From Syntrophales bacterium (GTDB lineage: Bacteria; Desulfobacterota; Syntrophia; Syntrophales; PHBD01), in contig DAOSEM010000001.1 in the NCBI GenBank assembly GCA_035363115.1, positions 271,356-335,355 on the forward strand: a DNA stretch of 64,000 bases, read 5' to 3'. The translations under genes were made by a program, and so were the position numbers. Positions 1 through 9,749 of this stretch are shown piece after piece. Below the pieces are notes generated by a model. It was not told the origin of the DNA and made no database searches. It saw nothing but the letters and a program-made list of their open reading frames with translations. Within the stretch, counting starts at the first letter, position 1. Each line of letters starts with the position of its first letter.

Positions 1-3000
1 GACCAGGACGTAGAAGAGGGGTGAGAAGATGACCACGAGCACCGTGGCGGTCACCATTCCTCCCAGCACGCCGGTGCCGATGGCATTCTGCGCCCCCGCG
101 CCGGCGCCGGTACTGATGGCCAGGGGCAGGACGCCGAATCCGAAGGCCAGCGAGGTCATCACGATGGGTCGGAAACGCAGCTTCGCCCCTTCCAGGGTGG
201 CCTCGATCAGCCCCATACCCTTTTCCAGACCCCCCTTGGCGAACTGCACGATCAGGATGGCGTTCTTGGTCGTGAGGCCCAGGGTGGTCAGGAGGCCGAT
301 CTGGAAATAGACGTCGTTGGTCATCCCCCGCATGCTCGAGGCGATGACGCCGCCGATCACGCCCAGGGGCAGGACCAGCAGGATCGAAATGGGGATCGTC
401 CAGCTCTCGTAAAGCGCCGCCAGGCACAGGAAGATCACGAAGATGGAGAAGGCGTAGAGCAGAGGCGCCTGGGAGCTCGACATCCGTTCCTGGTAGGAAA
501 GGCCTGTCCAGTCGTAGCCGATCCCCTTGGGCAGCTTTGCCACGGCCTCTTCCATGGCTTGCATGGCCTCTCCCGAACTGATCCCCTGCTTTGGCTCGCC
601 CCAGATGTTGATGGAGGGGAACCCGTTGAAACGCGACAGCTGGGGAGGACCGGAGGTCCAGCGGCCCGTGGCGAACGATGAAAACGGAACCATTTCTCCC
701 CGCGTGTTCCGGACATAGAGCTTTTCCAGGTCGCCGGGCAGCATGCGGTGGGGGGCGTCCGCCTGAACATAAACGCGCTTCACCCGGCCCCCCTGGATGA
801 AATCATTGGCGTAGGCTCCGCCGAAGGTCGCGGAGATCATGCTGTGGATAGACGAGATGGGAGCCCCCATGGCGCCGGCCTTTCCCCAGTCCACGTCGAC
901 CCGGTACTCGGGCACGTCGGGGATGCTGTTGGGCCGCACGGAGGTGAGCCGACTGTCCTCGGCCGCGAGGCCGAGAAGCTGGTTTTGTGCGTCGATCAGG
1001 GCGGCGTGCCCGAGGCCGCCACGGTCCAGGAGCTGGAAATCGACTCCCCGGGCCATGCCCAGCTCGGACACGGCGGGCGGCGCGAAGATAAAAACCATGG
1101 CGTTGCGGATGCCCGAGAGAGAGCCCATGGCCCTGCCCGCGACGGCCTTCGCCTTCAGGTCGCTCCGGTTGCGAAGCTCCCAGTCCTTCAGCTTGATGAA
1201 CACCATGCCGTTGTTCTGCGACCGTCCGGAGAAGCCGATTCCACGGATGCCCATCGTCGAGGCTACCGCCTCCTTCTCGTGCTCCTGGAAGTAGCGCTCG
1301 ATCTTTCTGGTGACCTGTTCGGTCTGCTCCAGTGTGGATCCCGTCGGCATGATCACCTGGGCGAGAAGGATGCCCTGGTCTTCGTCGGGAAGGTAACCCG
1401 TGGGCATCCGGAGGTACAGGAGCCCCATGACGACCACGATCACCATGAAGATGGCCAGGTAGCGCCGCTTCCTGGAGAGAGACCGGCTTACCAGTTTTGT
1501 ATACAGCTCCCGCGTCCGGAAGAACCAGCGGTCAAACCGGAGGAAGAAGGGGCGCAGGAAGCGGATCGCATTCTCCGCCGGTTCATGCCCCGCCGCCACC
1601 GGCTTGAGGAGGGACGCGCAGAGCACCGGCGTCAGGATCAGAGCCACCACGACCGACAGGAGCATGGAGGAAATGATGGTCACGGAGAACTGGCGGTAGA
1701 TGATCCCGGTGGAGCCGGGGAAAAAGGCCATGGGGCCGAATACAGCCGAGAGGACGAGGCCGATGCCGATCAGGGCGCTGGTGATCTGCTCCATCGACTT
1801 GGCGGTCGCCTCCCGGGGCGAAAGGCCTTCTTCGCTCATGATCCGCTCCACGTTCTCCACCACCACGATGGCGTCGTCCACGAGCAACCCGATGGCCAGC
1901 ACCATGGCGAACATGGTCAGCATGTTGATGGAGAAGCCGAACAGCCCCAGCACGGCGAATGTTCCCAGGATCACGACGGGCACCGCGATGGTCGGGATCA
2001 GGGTCGCCCGCATGTTGCCGAGGAACAGCAACATGACCAGAAAGACCAGGAAGATCGCCTCGAAGAGGGTCTTGACCACCTCGTTGATGGCCACCCGGAT
2101 GAAGGGAGTGGTGTCGTGGGGATAGACGATCGTGATCCCCGCGGGGAAGAACCGGCTCATCTCCGCCATCTTTTCCCGGACGGCGTTGGCCGTGTCCAGG
2201 GCGTTGGCGCCTGCGGCCTGCCGGATGGCGATGCCCGCGGAGGGTTTCCCGTTGAAGGCCCCCGAGATGTCGTAGGCCTCCGTCCCCAGCTCCGTCCAGC
2301 CCACGTCCCGGATCCGGACGGTGGAGCCGTCGGGATTGATGCGGATGGGGATGGCGGCGAACTCCTCGGGGGTCTTGAGCATGTTCTGGACGACGATGGA
2401 GGCGTTCAGGCGCTGGCCCTTCACCGCCGGCGCCCCGCCGAACTGCCCGGCGGAGACCTCCACGTTATAGGCCTTCAGGGCCGCGAGCACATCCGCCATC
2501 GTCAGGCTGTAATCCCTCAATTTGTTGGGATCGACCCAGACGCGCATGGCGTAGCCGCTGCCGAAGATCTGCACCTCGCCCACGCCGGGCACCCGCGCCA
2601 GGACCTTCTCCAGGTTGGAGACGGCGAAGTCCCGCAGGTCGTTGCCGTCCATGCTTCCGTCTTCCGAGATCAGGCCGATGACCATCAGGTAGTTCCGGGT
2701 GGATTTGCTGACCTGGACCCCCTGGTTCTTGACCACGTCGGGCAGGCTCGACATGGCGAGCTGCAGCTTGTTCTGCACTTGGGCCCAGGCGAGATCCGGA
2801 TCGGTCCCCGCCTCGAAGGTCAACTCCAGGCGGGAGGATCCCGAGGAATCGCTGGTGGCGGACATGTAGAGCAGCTTCTCGAAGCCCGTCATCTTCTGCT
2901 CGATGATCTGGGTGACGCTGTTCTCCACGGTCTCCGCCGAGGCCCCGGGGTAGTAGGCGCTGATGGCGATGGAGGGCGGCGCGATGAGGGGATACTGGGA

Positions 3001-3099
3001 GATGGGCAGGTTGTAGATCGCAAGCCCCCCCGCCGCCATGATGATGATGGCGATGACCCACGCGAAGACCGGACGGTCCAGGAAGAATTTCGACAGCAT
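1..3099 (-). CDS. RND multidrug efflux permease, AcrB/MexB type (C-terminal ~20 aa lie outside the window)
   Basis: Reverse translation from ATG at 3097-3099 reads MLSKFFLDRPVFAWVIAIIIM, the canonical AcrB N-terminus. Reverse translation of nt 60-1 reads GMVTATVLVVIFSPLFYVLV, which is AcrB TM12-like in the same frame. It is absent from the ORF track because there is no stop in the window. It follows the acrA-like gene by 6 nt. Confidence 0.93.
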   Translation of the reverse strand, partial: MLSKFFLDRPVFAWVIAIIIMAAGGLAIYNLPISQYPLIAPPSIAISAYYPGASAETVENSVTQIIEQKMTGFEKLLYMSATSDSSGSSRLELTFEAGTDPDLAWAQVQNKLQLAMSSLPDVVKNQGVQVSKSTRNYLMVIGLISEDGSMDGNDLRDFAVSNLEKVLARVPGVGEVQIFGSGYAMRVWVDPNKLRDYSLTMADVLAALKAYNVEVSAGQFGGAPAVKGQRLNASIVVQNMLKTPEEFAAIPIRINPDGSTVRIRDVGWTELGTEAYDISGAFNGKPSAGIAIRQAAGANALDTANAVREKMAEMSRFFPAGITIVYPHDTTPFIRVAINEVVKTLFEAIFLVFLVMLLFLGNMRATLIPTIAVPVVILGTFAVLGLFGFSINMLTMFAMVLAIGLLVDDAIVVVENVERIMSEEGLSPREATAKSMEQITSALIGIGLVLSAVFGPMAFFPGSTGIIYRQFSVTIISSMLLSVVVALILTPVLCASLLKPVAAGHEPAENAIRFLRPFFLRFDRWFFRTRELYTKLVSRSLSRKRRYLAIFMVIVVVMGLLYLRMPTGYLPDEDQGILLAQVIMPTGSTLEQTEQVTRKIERYFQEHEKEAVASTMGIRGIGFSGRSQNNGMVFIKLKDWELRNRSDLKAKAVAGRAMGSLSGIRNAMVFIFAPPAVSELGMARGVDFQLLDRGGLGHAALIDAQNQLLGLAAEDSRLTSVRPNSIPDVPEYRVDVDWGKAGAMGAPISSIHSMISATFGGAYANDFIQGGRVKRVYVQADAPHRMLPGDLEKLYVRNTRGEMVPFSSFATGRWTSGPPQLSRFNGFPSINIWGEPKQGISSGEAMQAMEEAVAKLPKGIGYDWTGLSYQERMSSSQAPLLYAFSIFVIFLCLAALYESWTIPISILLVLPLGVIGGVIASSMRGMTNDVYFQIGLLTTLGLTTKNAILIVQFAKGGLEKGMGLIEATLEGAKLRFRPIVMTSLAFGFGVLPLAISTGAGAGAQNAIGTGVLGGMVTATVLVVIFSPLFYVLV

Positions 3100-3105
3100 C
3101 GCCGG

Positions 3106-4320
3106 TCACCGCCCGCTCTTGTCCGCCGTCGGTGCGGCTGCGTCTTTTGCCTTCCCGGCGTTGTTTTCGTCCTCGGCGACGAAGGGGACCGTCTTCACGG
3201 TGGCGCCGGGCCGTGCCTTCTGCATGCCCTCGACGACGACCTTCTCGCCCGCCGCCAGGCCGGAGGCGACAAGCCACTGGTCGCCGATGGCGCGGTCCGT
3301 CGTGATCATCCGCTGCTGGACTTTCCCTTCCTTATCCACGACCAGGACGAGCGGGTTTCCCTTGGGATCCCGTGACACTCCCTGCTGGGGGACGAGGATG
3401 GCCTGCCTGCGTACGCCTTCCTGCACCACCGCCCGGACGTACATGCCCGGCAGGAGGATCCCCTTCGGATTGGGAAAGACCGCCCGCAGGACGACCGAGC
3501 CGGTCGTCGGATCGACCGTGACGTCCCGGAACTGGAGGGTTCCCTCCAGGGGATAGGGCCTGCCGTCATCCAGGATGAGCCGCACCTTTCTCTGTCCGGC
3601 CCCGTTCGGGTCCAGGCGGCCCTCCTCGGTGCTCCGCCGCAGCCGCAGGAGTTCGGCTGTCGACTGGGGCACATCCACGTACATGGGATCCAGCCGCTGA
3701 ATGGTGGCCAGGGCCGCCGGCTGCTGGGCCGAGACGAGGGCGCCCTCGGTGACGCTGGATCGTCCGATGCGGCCCGAGATGGGTGCCGTGACGGAGGTGT
3801 ATTTCAGGTTGATCCGGGCGTTTTCGACCGTGGCTTTCCAGTACTGGACGTCCGCCTCCGCCTGTTTCAGGGCGGCCGAGGCGTCGTCGTAATCCTGCTG
3901 GCTGACGGCCTTGTCGGCCAGGAGTTCCTTCACGCGTTCGGCCCGTAAGCGAATCGCCGGCAGGTTGGCCTCGGATCGGGCCAGGGCGGCCCGGGCGTTG
4001 TCGAAGGCGGCCTGATACGTCGCCGGGTCGATCCGGTAGAGAACCTGTCCCGCCTTGACGTCGGCACCTTCCGTGAACAGCCGCTTCTGGACGATGCCTC
4101 CCACCTGGGGCCGCACCTCGGCGATCTGATGGGCGGATGTCCGGCCGGCCAGTTCCGTCGTGGTGGCCACCACCCGGGGCTGGATCGTCACGACGGCTAC
4201 CTCGGGCGGTCCGCCCTGCGGAGGCCCTCCCGCCGTCTGCTGCCCGCATCCGGCGGCGATCAGTACCCCCAGGAAGATTCCCACGACGGCTTTGTATCCG
4301 GCTCTTTTGAAAATCTGCAT
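3106..4320 (-). CDS. RND efflux periplasmic adaptor (membrane fusion protein), AcrA/MexA type lipoprotein
   Basis: ORF 3106..4464 trimmed to MQIFKRAGYKAVVGIFLGVLIAAGC (signal peptide plus lipobox Cys). Contains HlyD/AcrA-like coiled-coil and beta-barrel motifs (TAPISGRIG, VDVPQ, LLPGMYVRA). Confidence 0.9.
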   Translation of the reverse strand: MQIFKRAGYKAVVGIFLGVLIAAGCGQQTAGGPPQGGPPEVAVVTIQPRVVATTTELAGRTSAHQIAEVRPQVGGIVQKRLFTEGADVKAGQVLYRIDPATYQAAFDNARAALARSEANLPAIRLRAERVKELLADKAVSQQDYDDASAALKQAEADVQYWKATVENARINLKYTSVTAPISGRIGRSSVTEGALVSAQQPAALATIQRLDPMYVDVPQSTAELLRLRRSTEEGRLDPNGAGQRKVRLILDDGRPYPLEGTLQFRDVTVDPTTGSVVLRAVFPNPKGILLPGMYVRAVVQEGVRRQAILVPQQGVSRDPKGNPLVLVVDKEGKVQQRMITTDRAIGDQWLVASGLAAGEKVVVEGMQKARPGATVKTVPFVAEDENNAGKAKDAAAPTADKSGR

Positions 4321-4482
4321 GCCACACCTCGATGTCGTTACTCGCAAATCCCTCACCGCCCGCTTCCGGGCACGGAATGCATTGCTGAAAGACCTTCCGG
4401 AGACATATTCACGGAATGAATGTTCATTCTTTCCAGCATAAAAACCAGGGACAGATCTTCGCACCGCCTGCCCCGGCTTTCG

Positions 4483-5058
4483 TTACCTCTTCAACGCGTC
4501 CCAGCATGCCTCCGCGATTCTTTCGGTCAGGTCGTCATCCATTTCGATGAACCCGTTCAACTGGTCCTGGATCAGGCCGAACAGGGGACCGAAGGCCAAG
4601 GAAAAGATCACCAGAACGGGCAGATTCTTCAGGATCTGCTGCTCGACCCCCTCCTCGAAAAGGTCCCGGATGGGGTCCTGTTCTTCCGGCTTGTTCAAGA
4701 GCCTGTCACGGTGCTGGGCCACACCGTAGGGGGAGTTGTGATACTGCTCCAGGTACCGGAAATGGAGAGGGTTGGCGATCAGGTACCGGAACAGCGCTTT
4801 CCATAAATGAAAAAAACGCTCCCGGGCGGGCCTTTCGGCCGGGTGATCCGCCAGGAGGGTAGCCATGAGCTTTGCTTTCAACTCCTCGAAGAGCTGCCGG
4901 ATCAGGGCTTCTTTCGTCTCGAAATAGCGATAGATTGTCCCCGCTCCCACTCCCGCCTTTTCGGCGATCATGGCCATGGGCGCCCCGTGGAAGCCGCGCT
5001 CGGCGATCAGCTCCAGGGCGGCTTCAAGAATTTCGTCTCGTTTGGTGGGTGCTTTCAA
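4483..5058 (-). CDS. TetR/AcrR family transcriptional regulator
   Basis: N-terminal HTH signature ILEAALELIAERGFHGAPMAMIAEKAGVGAGTIYRYFETKEAL. TTG start at 5056-5058 with AAGGAG 9 nt upstream. Co-directional with the acrAB-like genes. Confidence 0.9.
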   Translation of the reverse strand: MKAPTKRDEILEAALELIAERGFHGAPMAMIAEKAGVGAGTIYRYFETKEALIRQLFEELKAKLMATLLADHPAERPARERFFHLWKALFRYLIANPLHFRYLEQYHNSPYGVAQHRDRLLNKPEEQDPIRDLFEEGVEQQILKNLPVLVIFSLAFGPLFGLIQDQLNGFIEMDDDLTERIAEACWDALKR

Positions 5059-5085
5059 ACGCCGGGTGCTCCTTGCCGGTGGTGC

Positions 5086-5131
5086 GGAATGAACGTTCGC
5101 TCCGTTTAAAGGGGCATGGCTATAAAGTCAA
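5086..5131 (-). promoter_or_regulatory. Putative sigma70-type promoter plus TetR operator for the regulator/efflux operon
   Basis: On the minus strand TTGACT (5131-5126), a 17-nt spacer, then TAAACG (5108-5103). Immediately downstream is the 18-bp imperfect palindrome GGAATGAACGTTCGCTCC (5086-5103, 14 of 18 symmetric, core GAACGTTC). Confidence 0.4.
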
Positions 5132-5206
5132 GGTTTTTTTGTCAGGGATTCGAAAAGGACCCTTCCACGCGGAAGATTTTTTGACCTCTCCGGCGACGGG
5201 GATTCT

Positions 5207-5788
5207 TTACGGTGCCGCCAGTTTCATGCCCAGGGCCCGGGCCTCCTTCATCACCTTTTCGTCGGCACGGATCTTCCCGGCCTCCATGGCGCTGCCATAG
5301 ACCATTCCGACGAGATTCGCCTCCACATAGGCGTAGGCGTCCTGGAATGCCCGCAGGGCGTTGACGGCTCCGGAATCGAAGGGATCTTCACCCCCGTAGG
5401 CCATGGCCACGGCGATCCGCTTTCCCCGGAAGGGGTCCTTCCCGTAGGCGGGCAGGGCGAAGCAACGGTCCATCCAGAGCTTGGTCTGGGCGGTCATGGT
5501 GAACCAGTAGACGGGGCTGGCGATAACCCAGGCATCGGCGGCCAGGAGCTTTGGGTAGATCGCCTGCATGTCGTCGTCGATGGCGCAGCGCTTTGCGTTC
5601 TTCTTCTGGCAGGCCATGCAGCCCTGGCAGGGGGAAATTTTCTGACCGTGGAGGTACACCGTCTCCACCTCCGCCCCCTTCGACGCGGCCCCCCGGGCGA
5701 TCTCGGCGGCGAGGATCGCCGTGTTTCCCTTCTTCCGGGGGCTGCCCAGAAGCACCAGCACCTTTTTTCCCGTTTCATTCGTCCTCAT
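5207..5788 (-). other. Isf-like flavoprotein module with its own SD and ATG inside the fused ORF
   Basis: Minus-strand sequence AAGGACAAGGAGAAATATCCAATGAGGACG places an AAGGAGA Shine-Dalgarno 7 nt before the ATG at 5786-5788. No stop codon separates this from the upstream ligase frame. Confidence 0.6.
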
Positions 5789-7426
5789 TGGATATTTCTC
5801 CTTGTCCTTCCTTTGTTTTTCCCTGGGTCGCGAATCCCGGCACGTCCGGATTTCTCCGGGAGGCGGGCCTCCGGTCCCGACGGCCGCCGATCCCTTCCGG
5901 ACAGGGGAGTCTTCCCCGGACGCCGCCATGCGGCGCAGCTCCCGGCGCAGGATTTTACCCATGGGATTGCGCGGCAGGCACTCGACGATGGTTACTCGGA
6001 GGGGCCGCTTGTGCGGGGAGAGGTGGTCCCGGCAGTGCCGGAGGAGGCTTTCCTCCGTGGCGGACTCGCCTTCCCGGAGCTCCACGTAGACGACGGCCTC
6101 TTCCCCGACGACCGGATCGGGCATGCCCACGGCCACGGCATCCCGGACGGCCGGATGACCGTGGAGGACCTCCTCGATGTCGCGGGGATAGATGTTGAAG
6201 CCCCCGCGGATGATCAGGTCCTTCTTCCGCTCCACGATGTACAGGTAGCCGTCCCCGTCCATCCGGGCCATGTCTCCCGTGTACAGCCAGCCGTCCCGGA
6301 AGGCCCGGGCGGTCTCTTCGGGGAGATTCAGGTAGCCCGCCGCAACGTTGGGGCCCCGAACGAGCAGCTCTCCCACCTCTCCAGCGGGGACGTCTTGATC
6401 CCGGTCGTCGACGATCCGCACCTTCACGGAGGGAATCGGCTGGCCGACGGAGTCCGGCTTGACGGGCCGGCCCTGGTAATTGGTGCTGACCGCCGGCGAC
6501 GCCTCCGAGAGCCCGTAGGCGGGATAGACGGTGCAGCGGAACGTTTCCTCGAAGCGCCGGAGCGCCGGAAGGGGAAAAGGCGCCGAGCCGGCGAGGCATT
6601 TCTTCAGCGAGGAGAGGTCGTATTTTCCCGCAACCGGACTTCCCAGCATCATCATGAACATGGCCGGAACACCCGGGAAATCGGTCACCCGGTGCCTCTC
6701 GATCAGGGCGAAGGCCTCCTCCGCCTGGAAGCGCCGCATCAGGACGTGAAGATTCCCGTATTGATAGGCCTTGTTCATGGTGGTGATGCCGAAGGAATGG
6801 GAGAGAGGCAGGGCCACCAGCGTGACGTCCGAGGCCTTCGTCCCGTGGGCCCGGGCGGCGTTGACCGCGTTGGAGTAGAGATTGGCGTGGGTCAGGATCA
6901 CGCCCTTGGGATTCCAGGTCGTTCCGGCCGTGTAGAGAATAACGGCGAGGTCCGTCTCCCTGAGGTCCGTCTTGCCGACGTTTTCCGGGACCGCCGCAGT
7001 GAGGGACCGGAAGGAGATCGTTCCGGGTGGAGGGGTGTCTCCCGTGACGAGGAGGTGTTTCAGGGATGTGGCGGATGCGAGGACCGCCCGGTGTGCCTGC
7101 AGAATCTCCGGGCCCGTGACGAGGGCCCTGGCTTCGCAGTCGTTCAGGATATGCCCGAGCTCCACGGCTCCGACCGACGGGATGATCGGGACGATGGCGG
7201 CGCCGCATCGCAGGATTCCCTGGTAGCCGACGATGACCTCGGGGCTGTTGGGGAGAAGCACCGCCACCCGGTCGCCCCTGCCGATGCCGAGCGTCTTCAG
7301 GCCGGAGGCCAGGCGGTTGGCATCCCGGAGGATTTCCGTGTTGGTGAAGGGTTTCCCTTCGAAGATCACAAACGGGTATTCACCAAAGCGGTCGAGGTTG
7401 TCGTCGGCCAGCGTGACGAGGTTCAT
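5207..7426 (-). CDS. AMP-forming acyl-CoA synthetase/ligase continuing in frame into an iron-sulfur flavoprotein (Isf-like, NADPH-dependent FMN reductase fold) domain
   Basis: A single 739-aa ORF. The N-terminal ~500 aa carry AMP-binding motifs (LYTAGTTWNPKGV, YGLSE, TGDMARMDGDGYLYIVERKKDLI, GKILRRELR). After a ~55-aa low-complexity linker the C-terminal 193 aa read KKVLVLLGSPRKKGNT...CQGCMACQKKNAKRC (flavodoxin-like fold, CX2CX2CX7C). Confidence 0.85.
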   Translation of the reverse strand: MNLVTLADDNLDRFGEYPFVIFEGKPFTNTEILRDANRLASGLKTLGIGRGDRVAVLLPNSPEVIVGYQGILRCGAAIVPIIPSVGAVELGHILNDCEARALVTGPEILQAHRAVLASATSLKHLLVTGDTPPPGTISFRSLTAAVPENVGKTDLRETDLAVILYTAGTTWNPKGVILTHANLYSNAVNAARAHGTKASDVTLVALPLSHSFGITTMNKAYQYGNLHVLMRRFQAEEAFALIERHRVTDFPGVPAMFMMMLGSPVAGKYDLSSLKKCLAGSAPFPLPALRRFEETFRCTVYPAYGLSEASPAVSTNYQGRPVKPDSVGQPIPSVKVRIVDDRDQDVPAGEVGELLVRGPNVAAGYLNLPEETARAFRDGWLYTGDMARMDGDGYLYIVERKKDLIIRGGFNIYPRDIEEVLHGHPAVRDAVAVGMPDPVVGEEAVVYVELREGESATEESLLRHCRDHLSPHKRPLRVTIVECLPRNPMGKILRRELRRMAASGEDSPVRKGSAAVGTGGPPPGEIRTCRDSRPREKQRKDKEKYPMRTNETGKKVLVLLGSPRKKGNTAILAAEIARGAASKGAEVETVYLHGQKISPCQGCMACQKKNAKRCAIDDDMQAIYPKLLAADAWVIASPVYWFTMTAQTKLWMDRCFALPAYGKDPFRGKRIAVAMAYGGEDPFDSGAVNALRAFQDAYAYVEANLVGMVYGSAMEAGKIRADEKVMKEARALGMKLAAP

Positions 7427-7465
7427 GCCCCTTGAGTCCTCCGGTCCTTGCAGATCATGCGGCGA

Positions 7466-8491
7466 TCAGGTTTTTTTCAGCCGGTCATAGACCTTGCAGG
7501 CGTCCTTGACGCCCAGGGTGCAGGCCGTCCGGGCGTCTTCCAGGGATTTCTGCACATCCCCCTTCCGGTAGTAGCAGCTGCCCCGGTTGTAGTAGGCCCA
7601 GCCGTTGTTGGGACGAAGCTCGATGGCTTTGGTGAGGGCGGCGATGGCCTCGTCGTTCCGCTTGCTGCGGCTGTGGATCCATCCCATCCAGTTCCATGCG
7701 TCGGCATTCCGGGGATTCAGCGTCACTGCCCGGTCCAGGTCCACCAGGGCACGGGCCTCCTCATTCTGTCTTGCCAGGGCCCGTCCCCGCAGGTAATGGG
7801 CCTTGTCGTTCGTCGGATCCGCCTTGATGGCGCGGCTGAAGGCTGCCACGGCCTTATCCAGCCTGTTTTGCTTCAGGTGCAGCAGGCCCTCCTGGATGGG
7901 CTCCGCAGCGGCGGGTCGGACGGCGATGAGGGGGGTGTCGCCTGGGAGGGGGGTATTTCTGGTGACGGGGATGTCGCTTGTGACGGGGGTTTCGCCGGGA
8001 CGCGCCGCTCCCGGAGTCTCCAGAACGAGGGGCTGCATCCTTCCCTGGCGGTCCTCGTAGGCGGCCGTCAGGATCTTCCAGGTGCCGCGCTGTTTCGACA
8101 GGGTCATCTGGGCCTTGGTGGACCTCGTCGTGCCTTCCACGAGAAACGTCATGGAGGCCCGCCCGAACTGCCCGGAGGTGCTGATGCTGACGGGGAACCA
8201 GGGCTTCACCTCCCGTACTTCCCCCACCTCCTGGCGGATCTGCGGATTCTGCTTCAGGTAGGTCTCGCAGAGCTTGAAGGGATCCGACTCGCGGACAAAG
8301 TCATAGGCTGCGGAGATGACCAGGATGATCCCGACGATGAGGAGGAACGGCAGCGCCCTCCACCCCCCGCCCTTGGGTTTGACCGGCTCGTAGGACGCCG
8401 GCGGCTTCGGAGGGGGCGGCGGCGGGGACGGGGAGGAGTGCATGTCCGGGTAGGACGGTCCCTGTCCTTTTTTTCTCAGGATTTTTTTCAT
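7466..8491 (-). CDS. Membrane-anchored TPR-repeat protein with proline-rich N-terminus
   Basis: MKKILRKKGQ..PPPPPPKPP followed by a TM helix (ALPFLLIVGIILVISAAY). The C-terminal ~130 aa form tandem TPR repeats (AHYLRGRALARQNEEARALVDLDRAVTLNPRNADAWNWMGW...NNGWAYYNRGSCYYRKGD). Confidence 0.75.
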   Translation of the reverse strand: MKKILRKKGQGPSYPDMHSSPSPPPPPPKPPASYEPVKPKGGGWRALPFLLIVGIILVISAAYDFVRESDPFKLCETYLKQNPQIRQEVGEVREVKPWFPVSISTSGQFGRASMTFLVEGTTRSTKAQMTLSKQRGTWKILTAAYEDRQGRMQPLVLETPGAARPGETPVTSDIPVTRNTPLPGDTPLIAVRPAAAEPIQEGLLHLKQNRLDKAVAAFSRAIKADPTNDKAHYLRGRALARQNEEARALVDLDRAVTLNPRNADAWNWMGWIHSRSKRNDEAIAALTKAIELRPNNGWAYYNRGSCYYRKGDVQKSLEDARTACTLGVKDACKVYDRLKKT

Positions 8492-8583
8492 GACCGGTGC
8501 CTCCTTCCTCTTGACCCGGGGGAATGCGTCCCCCGCGTCCGGAATTGCGGGAGCCGCGTCACGCTGCGCCCCCGGGAACGGTT

Positions 8584-9168
8584 TCAGAGGAGAAATTCGG
8601 GGCGGACCCGCCCCCGACCGTCAAACAGGATGCCCTCCCGCTCAAGCAGCGTTCGCTTCAGGTCCGGACCGCCGCCGAATCCGCCCAGGCTGCCGTCGGA
8701 CCGGACGACCCGGTGGCAGGGGATCGCCAGGGGGAAGGGATTGGAGGCCATCACGGAGCCGACGGCCCGGGCCGCTCCCGCATGGCCGGCGGCGGCCGCC
8801 AGCGAGCCGTAGGTCCTCACCTTTCCCCGGGGAATCCGTCCCGTTTCCACAAGCACCCGGCGCCGGAAAGGGGCCAGGGATTCCATCTCCATCTCTTCGA
8901 AAGGAACGGGGGCGGCCTCTCCGCGGATGAGGCGGCGGAGGCTCTCTTCCATGTCTCCGTTCGCGTCGCTCTTCCGTGGGCGGGCTCCGGGAAAATCCAG
9001 GCCGATCCTGCGAGTCAACTCGCGGCGGGGGGCGGGTAGGTAGATGCGGATGACGGGGCCGGCTCCACCAGCCTCCCGGACCACCGCGGTGATGCCCGAT
9101 TCCGACGGCAGCAGATGGAAGCGGAGATCCCGTGCCGTTTCCCCGTGATGCTCTCCCTTGTTTTTCAT
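8584..9168 (-). CDS. ogt: Methylated-DNA--protein-cysteine methyltransferase (O6-alkylguanine-DNA alkyltransferase)
   Basis: Active-site motif IPCHRVV plus TYGSLAAAAGHAGAARAVGSVMASNP, typical of the Ogt/Ada C-terminal domain. Confidence 0.9.
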   Translation of the reverse strand: MKNKGEHHGETARDLRFHLLPSESGITAVVREAGGAGPVIRIYLPAPRRELTRRIGLDFPGARPRKSDANGDMEESLRRLIRGEAAPVPFEEMEMESLAPFRRRVLVETGRIPRGKVRTYGSLAAAAGHAGAARAVGSVMASNPFPLAIPCHRVVRSDGSLGGFGGGPDLKRTLLEREGILFDGRGRVRPEFLL

Positions 9169-9185
9169 GACCCCTCCCGGTCCGG

Positions 9186-9749
9186 TTATGTCATGTGTTC
9201 GATGAGGATCTGGACACCGATGCCGATCAGGATCAGCCCGCCCAGCAGTTCCACCTTCCGTCCGAAAAGGGACGCCAGCCGTCGTCCGGCCAGCATGCCC
9301 GCCATGGTCATGGCGAAGGCGACAACGCCGATGACGGCGCTCGGGTACAGGATCGGCGTCTTGAGCAGGGCCAAGGTCATGCCCACCGCCAGGGCGTCGA
9401 TGCTGGTGGCCACCGAGAGCATCAGGAGCGTCCAGCCCCGCGTCGGGTCTTCCCGGTCCGTGCGATCCCTTCCTTCCCCGGCGAAGGATTCATGGATCAT
9501 CCGGACTCCCACGAAGAGAAGAAGCCCGAAGGCCACCCAGTGGTCGTACGCGGAGATGCGCTCGACGACGGTTCTTCCCGCCAGCCAGCCGAGGATCGGC
9601 ATGAAAAACTGGAAGACCCCGAAGGAGACGGAAAGCCGGAGAACGGGACCCGGAGAGACGCGTCCCCGGACGGCGCCGATGCCGATGGCCACGGAGAAGG
9701 CGTCCATGCCGAGCCCCACGGCAATGATCAGGATGGAAAGAAAGCTCAT
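9186..9749 (-). CDS. mntP: Manganese efflux pump MntP
   Basis: MSFLSILIIAVGLGMDAFSVAIGIG...FQFFMPILGWLAG and a second DA motif (SIDALAVG). Six-TM MntP/YebN architecture. The start overlaps the uvrC stop (ATGA at 9746-9749). Confidence 0.88.
   Translation of the reverse strand: MSFLSILIIAVGLGMDAFSVAIGIGAVRGRVSPGPVLRLSVSFGVFQFFMPILGWLAGRTVVERISAYDHWVAFGLLLFVGVRMIHESFAGEGRDRTDREDPTRGWTLLMLSVATSIDALAVGMTLALLKTPILYPSAVIGVVAFAMTMAGMLAGRRLASLFGRKVELLGGLILIGIGVQILIEHMT

Noticed and set aside
2465-3277. 270-aa minus-strand ORF spanning the acrA/acrB junction
   Set aside because: It is out of frame with the clearly homologous acrB reading frame (start 3099). The translation is Arg/Gly/Pro-rich with no domain.
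748-3375. 875-aa plus-strand ORF, and similar very long ORFs at 5648-7435(+), 9965-11944(+), 16447-18336(-), 18927-20684(+), 25709-27727(+), 29022-30851(+), 37929-40292(-), 48676-50415(-), 50280-53270(-) and 57570-60176(+)
   Set aside because: Each lies antisense to, or out of frame with, a gene with clear family motifs. Their translations are low-complexity and rich in G, R, P, D, H and E, with no recognisable domains. This is the expected stop-codon-poor shadow-ORF artefact of GC-rich DNA.
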